A stretch of 38,999 nt of DNA, taken from a virus. Below the pieces are notes generated by a model. That model worked only from the letters and a program-made list of their open reading frames with translations. It was not told the origin of the DNA and did not search any database. Position numbers and translations under genes: made by a program. Numbering within the stretch: position 1 is the first letter of the stretch; every line of letters starts with the position of its first letter. The DNA lies in UHGV virus genome UHGV-1350822. One strand, given 5' to 3'. This document shows, one piece after another, positions 37,040-38,999 of this stretch.

Positions 37040-37887
37040 TGGCGGATTCGAATCTCAATGTGCCGGTAATCATCCAGGCTACGCGGCTCGATACATCAGT
37101 CCTTCCACGCAATATCTTCTCGCAGTCGTATCTGCTTTACGTTATCGCACAGGGCACTGATGTTGGTAATGTGGCTAACAAGGCCAACGAGGCCGGACAG
37201 GGCGCTTATGATGCACAAGTCAGGAACGATGAGCAGGATGTGATTCTCGCTGACCATGAGCAGCGAATTTCTGCTGCGGAAGCAACGCTTGTTAATCATG
37301 AGGAGCGAATCAGCCAGGCAGAATCAACTCTTCAGGAACATGAAACGCGAATCGCTCAGAATGAAAGCGATATTGCGTCGCTTGATACCAGAGTTCAGTC
37401 GCTGGAGTCGCAGGTTTCAGACCATGAAACGCGCATTGATGCTCTGGAGTATGCAACCACGCGCAAGAAGTCAGAGGTTGTTTACTCTGGCGTATCTGTA
37501 ACCATCCCGACAGCGCCGACCAACCTTGTTAGCCTGCTGAAAACGCTCACGCCGTCATCCGGCACGTTGGCACCATTCTTCGACACCGTTAACAACAAGA
37601 TGGTTGTGTTCAACGAGAACAAAACATTGTTCTTCAAGCTGTCGATCGTCGGGACGTGGCCCAGCGGAACCGCTAACAGATCAATGCAGCTAACCTTTTC
37701 CGGCTCTGTTCCTGACACACTGGTTAGCAGTCGTAATGCGGCGACAACAACCGACAACATCCTGTTAGCTACGTTCTTCAGCGTGGATAAAGACGGATTT
37801 CTTGCCACAAATGGCAGCACGTTAACCATTCAGTCAAATGGTGCGGCGTTTACTGCCACAACCATCAAGATAATCGCGGAGCAGTGA
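37039..37887 (+). CDS. gp26-like tail needle with extended C-terminal knob domain
   Basis: N-terminus [43 protein letters not shown]...[12 protein letters not shown] matches the P22 gp26 N-terminus; heptad-like coiled coil; extra C-terminal domain (282 aa versus about 233 in P22). Confidence 0.9.
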   Translation: MADSNLNVPVIIQATRLDTSVLPRNIFSQSYLLYVIAQGTDVGNVANKANEAGQGAYDAQVRNDEQDVILADHEQRISAAEATLVNHEERISQAESTLQEHETRIAQNESDIASLDTRVQSLESQVSDHETRIDALEYATTRKKSEVVYSGVSVTIPTAPTNLVSLLKTLTPSSGTLAPFFDTVNNKMVVFNENKTLFFKLSIVGTWPSGTANRSMQLTFSGSVPDTLVSSRNAATTTDNILLATFFSVDKDGFLATNGSTLTIQSNGAAFTATTIKIIAEQ

Positions 37888-38342
37888 TGATTCAGTTCAA
37901 ACCAACGCGAAACATCGACCTGATCGAAGCAGTCGGAAATCACCCTGACATTATCGCCGGAAGCAATAACGGTGATGGATACGACTACAAGCCTGAATGC
38001 CGTTACTTCGAGGTGAACGTGCACGGGCAGTTCGGCGGCATTGTTTACTATCAGGAGATTCAGCCGCTGACATTCGATTGCCACGCCATGTATCTGCCAG
38101 AGATTCGCGGCTTCAGCAAGGAAATCGGGCTGGAGTTCTGGCGATACATTCTGACTAACACCACCGTTCAGTGCATCACATCGTTCGCTGCACGCAAATT
38201 CCGCCACGGGCAGATGTACTGCGCAATGATTGGCCTTAAGCGTGTAGGAACCATCAAGAAATACTTCAAAGGCGTGGATGACGTGACGTTTTACAGCGCC
38301 ACACGCGAAGAACTAATCGACTTCCTGAATCACGGGAGATAG
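37884..38342 (+). CDS. gp14-like virion assembly/ejection-associated protein
   Basis: 152 aa; position between the tail needle and gp7-like gene; GTG 37884 or ATG 37887 start. Confidence 0.6.
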   Translation: MMIQFKPTRNIDLIEAVGNHPDIIAGSNNGDGYDYKPECRYFEVNVHGQFGGIVYYQEIQPLTFDCHAMYLPEIRGFSKEIGLEFWRYILTNTTVQCITSFAARKFRHGQMYCAMIGLKRVGTIKKYFKGVDDVTFYSATREELIDFLNHGR

Positions 38343-38344
38343 CC

Positions 38345-38999
38345 ATGTTATATGCATTTAAGCTGGGCAGAAAACTGCGCGGCGAGGAACCTTATTGCCC
38401 TGAAAAAGGCGGGAAAGGTGGCAGCTCTGATAAAAGCGCAAAGTATGCAGCAGAAGCTCAGAAGTATGCCGCAGACCTGCAAAATCAGCAGTGGCAGACG
38501 ATCATGAAAAACCTTGCTCCGTTCACGCCGCTTGCGGAGCAGTATGTTAACCAGTTGCAGAATCTTTCCAGTTTAGAAGGTCAGGGGCAGGCACTTAATC
38601 AGTATTACAACTCTCAGCAGTATAAAGACCTTGCAGGTCAGGCGCGTTACCAGAGTCTTGCTGCTGCGGAGGCGACTGGCGGACTTGGTTCGACAGCCAC
38701 AAGCAATCAACTGGCTACGATTGCTCCGACTCTCGGTCAGTCGTGGTTATCAAACCAGATGAGCAATTACAACAATCTGGCAAACGTTGGGCTTGGTGCT
38801 CTGCAAGGTCAGGCAAACGCCGGGCAGACGTACGCCAACAACATGAGCAGCATTGCACAGCAAAGCGCAGCTCTTGCCGCTGCTAATGCCAACAAACCAT
38901 CAGGTCTTCAGACAGCAATTAGCGGTGGAGCTTCAGGGGCTATGACTGGCGCTGCTCTTGGCTCTATTGTTCCCGGACTGGGGCCTGGATTATGTGGGG
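38345..38999 (+). CDS. gp7-like ejection protein, N-terminal part (continues at 1..115 across the circular junction)
   Basis: ORF runs to the window end in frame with 1..115; the last ~74 nt duplicate the window start. Confidence 0.7.
   Translation, partial: MLYAFKLGRKLRGEEPYCPEKGGKGGSSDKSAKYAAEAQKYAADLQNQQWQTIMKNLAPFTPLAEQYVNQLQNLSSLEGQGQALNQYYNSQQYKDLAGQARYQSLAAAEATGGLGSTATSNQLATIAPTLGQSWLSNQMSNYNNLANVGLGALQGQANAGQTYANNMSSIAQQSAALAAANANKPSGLQTAISGGASGAMTGAALGSIVPGLGPGLCG

Noticed and set aside
38926-38999. Terminal direct repeat that could be read as prophage att sites or a long terminal repeat
   Set aside because: A single ORF reads straight through the junction and no tRNA or host sequence flanks it; it is an assembly overlap of a circular or permuted genome, with end-of-contig mismatches.

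Overview
The window is an essentially complete, circularly closed genome of a temperate P22-like (Sf6/HK620/KplE1-type) podovirus of Escherichia/Shigella, about 38.6 kb once assembly artefacts are removed. The last ~74 nt repeat the first ~74 nt, so the gp7-like ejection gene wraps from 38345 through the end to position 115. Two 100-N scaffold gaps, each flanked by 55-bp duplicated sequence, are assembly artefacts. Gene order on the + strand: ejection proteins (gp7/gp20/gp16-like), an orphan Mnt repressor (-), a chimeric tailspike, an AT-rich O-antigen acyltransferase (-), then a leftward early operon (integrase, attP, excisionase, accessory genes, RecT module, cIII-like, N-like antiterminator), an immunity region (membrane protein, cI, OR/OL, cro, cII), replication genes with ori iterons, a nin region (NinB, Dam-like methyltransferase, NinE/F, Roi-like, YbcO, RusA, NinH), a lambda-type Q-pR'-6S-S-R-Rz/Rz1 cassette, rha, and the P22-type morphogenetic block (TerS, TerL, portal, scaffold, coat, gp4, gp10, tail needle, gp14). 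No rRNA or CRISPR is present. All assignments are from reading the sequence and ORF translations and from recalled family signatures; no database search was run. The best candidates for undescribed biology are the membrane-protein gene co-transcribed with cI, the four-gene cluster at the ren position, the orphan mnt facing the tailspike, the tRNA-like relic between tR' and the holin, and the split tRNA-Arg-like fragments around xis.
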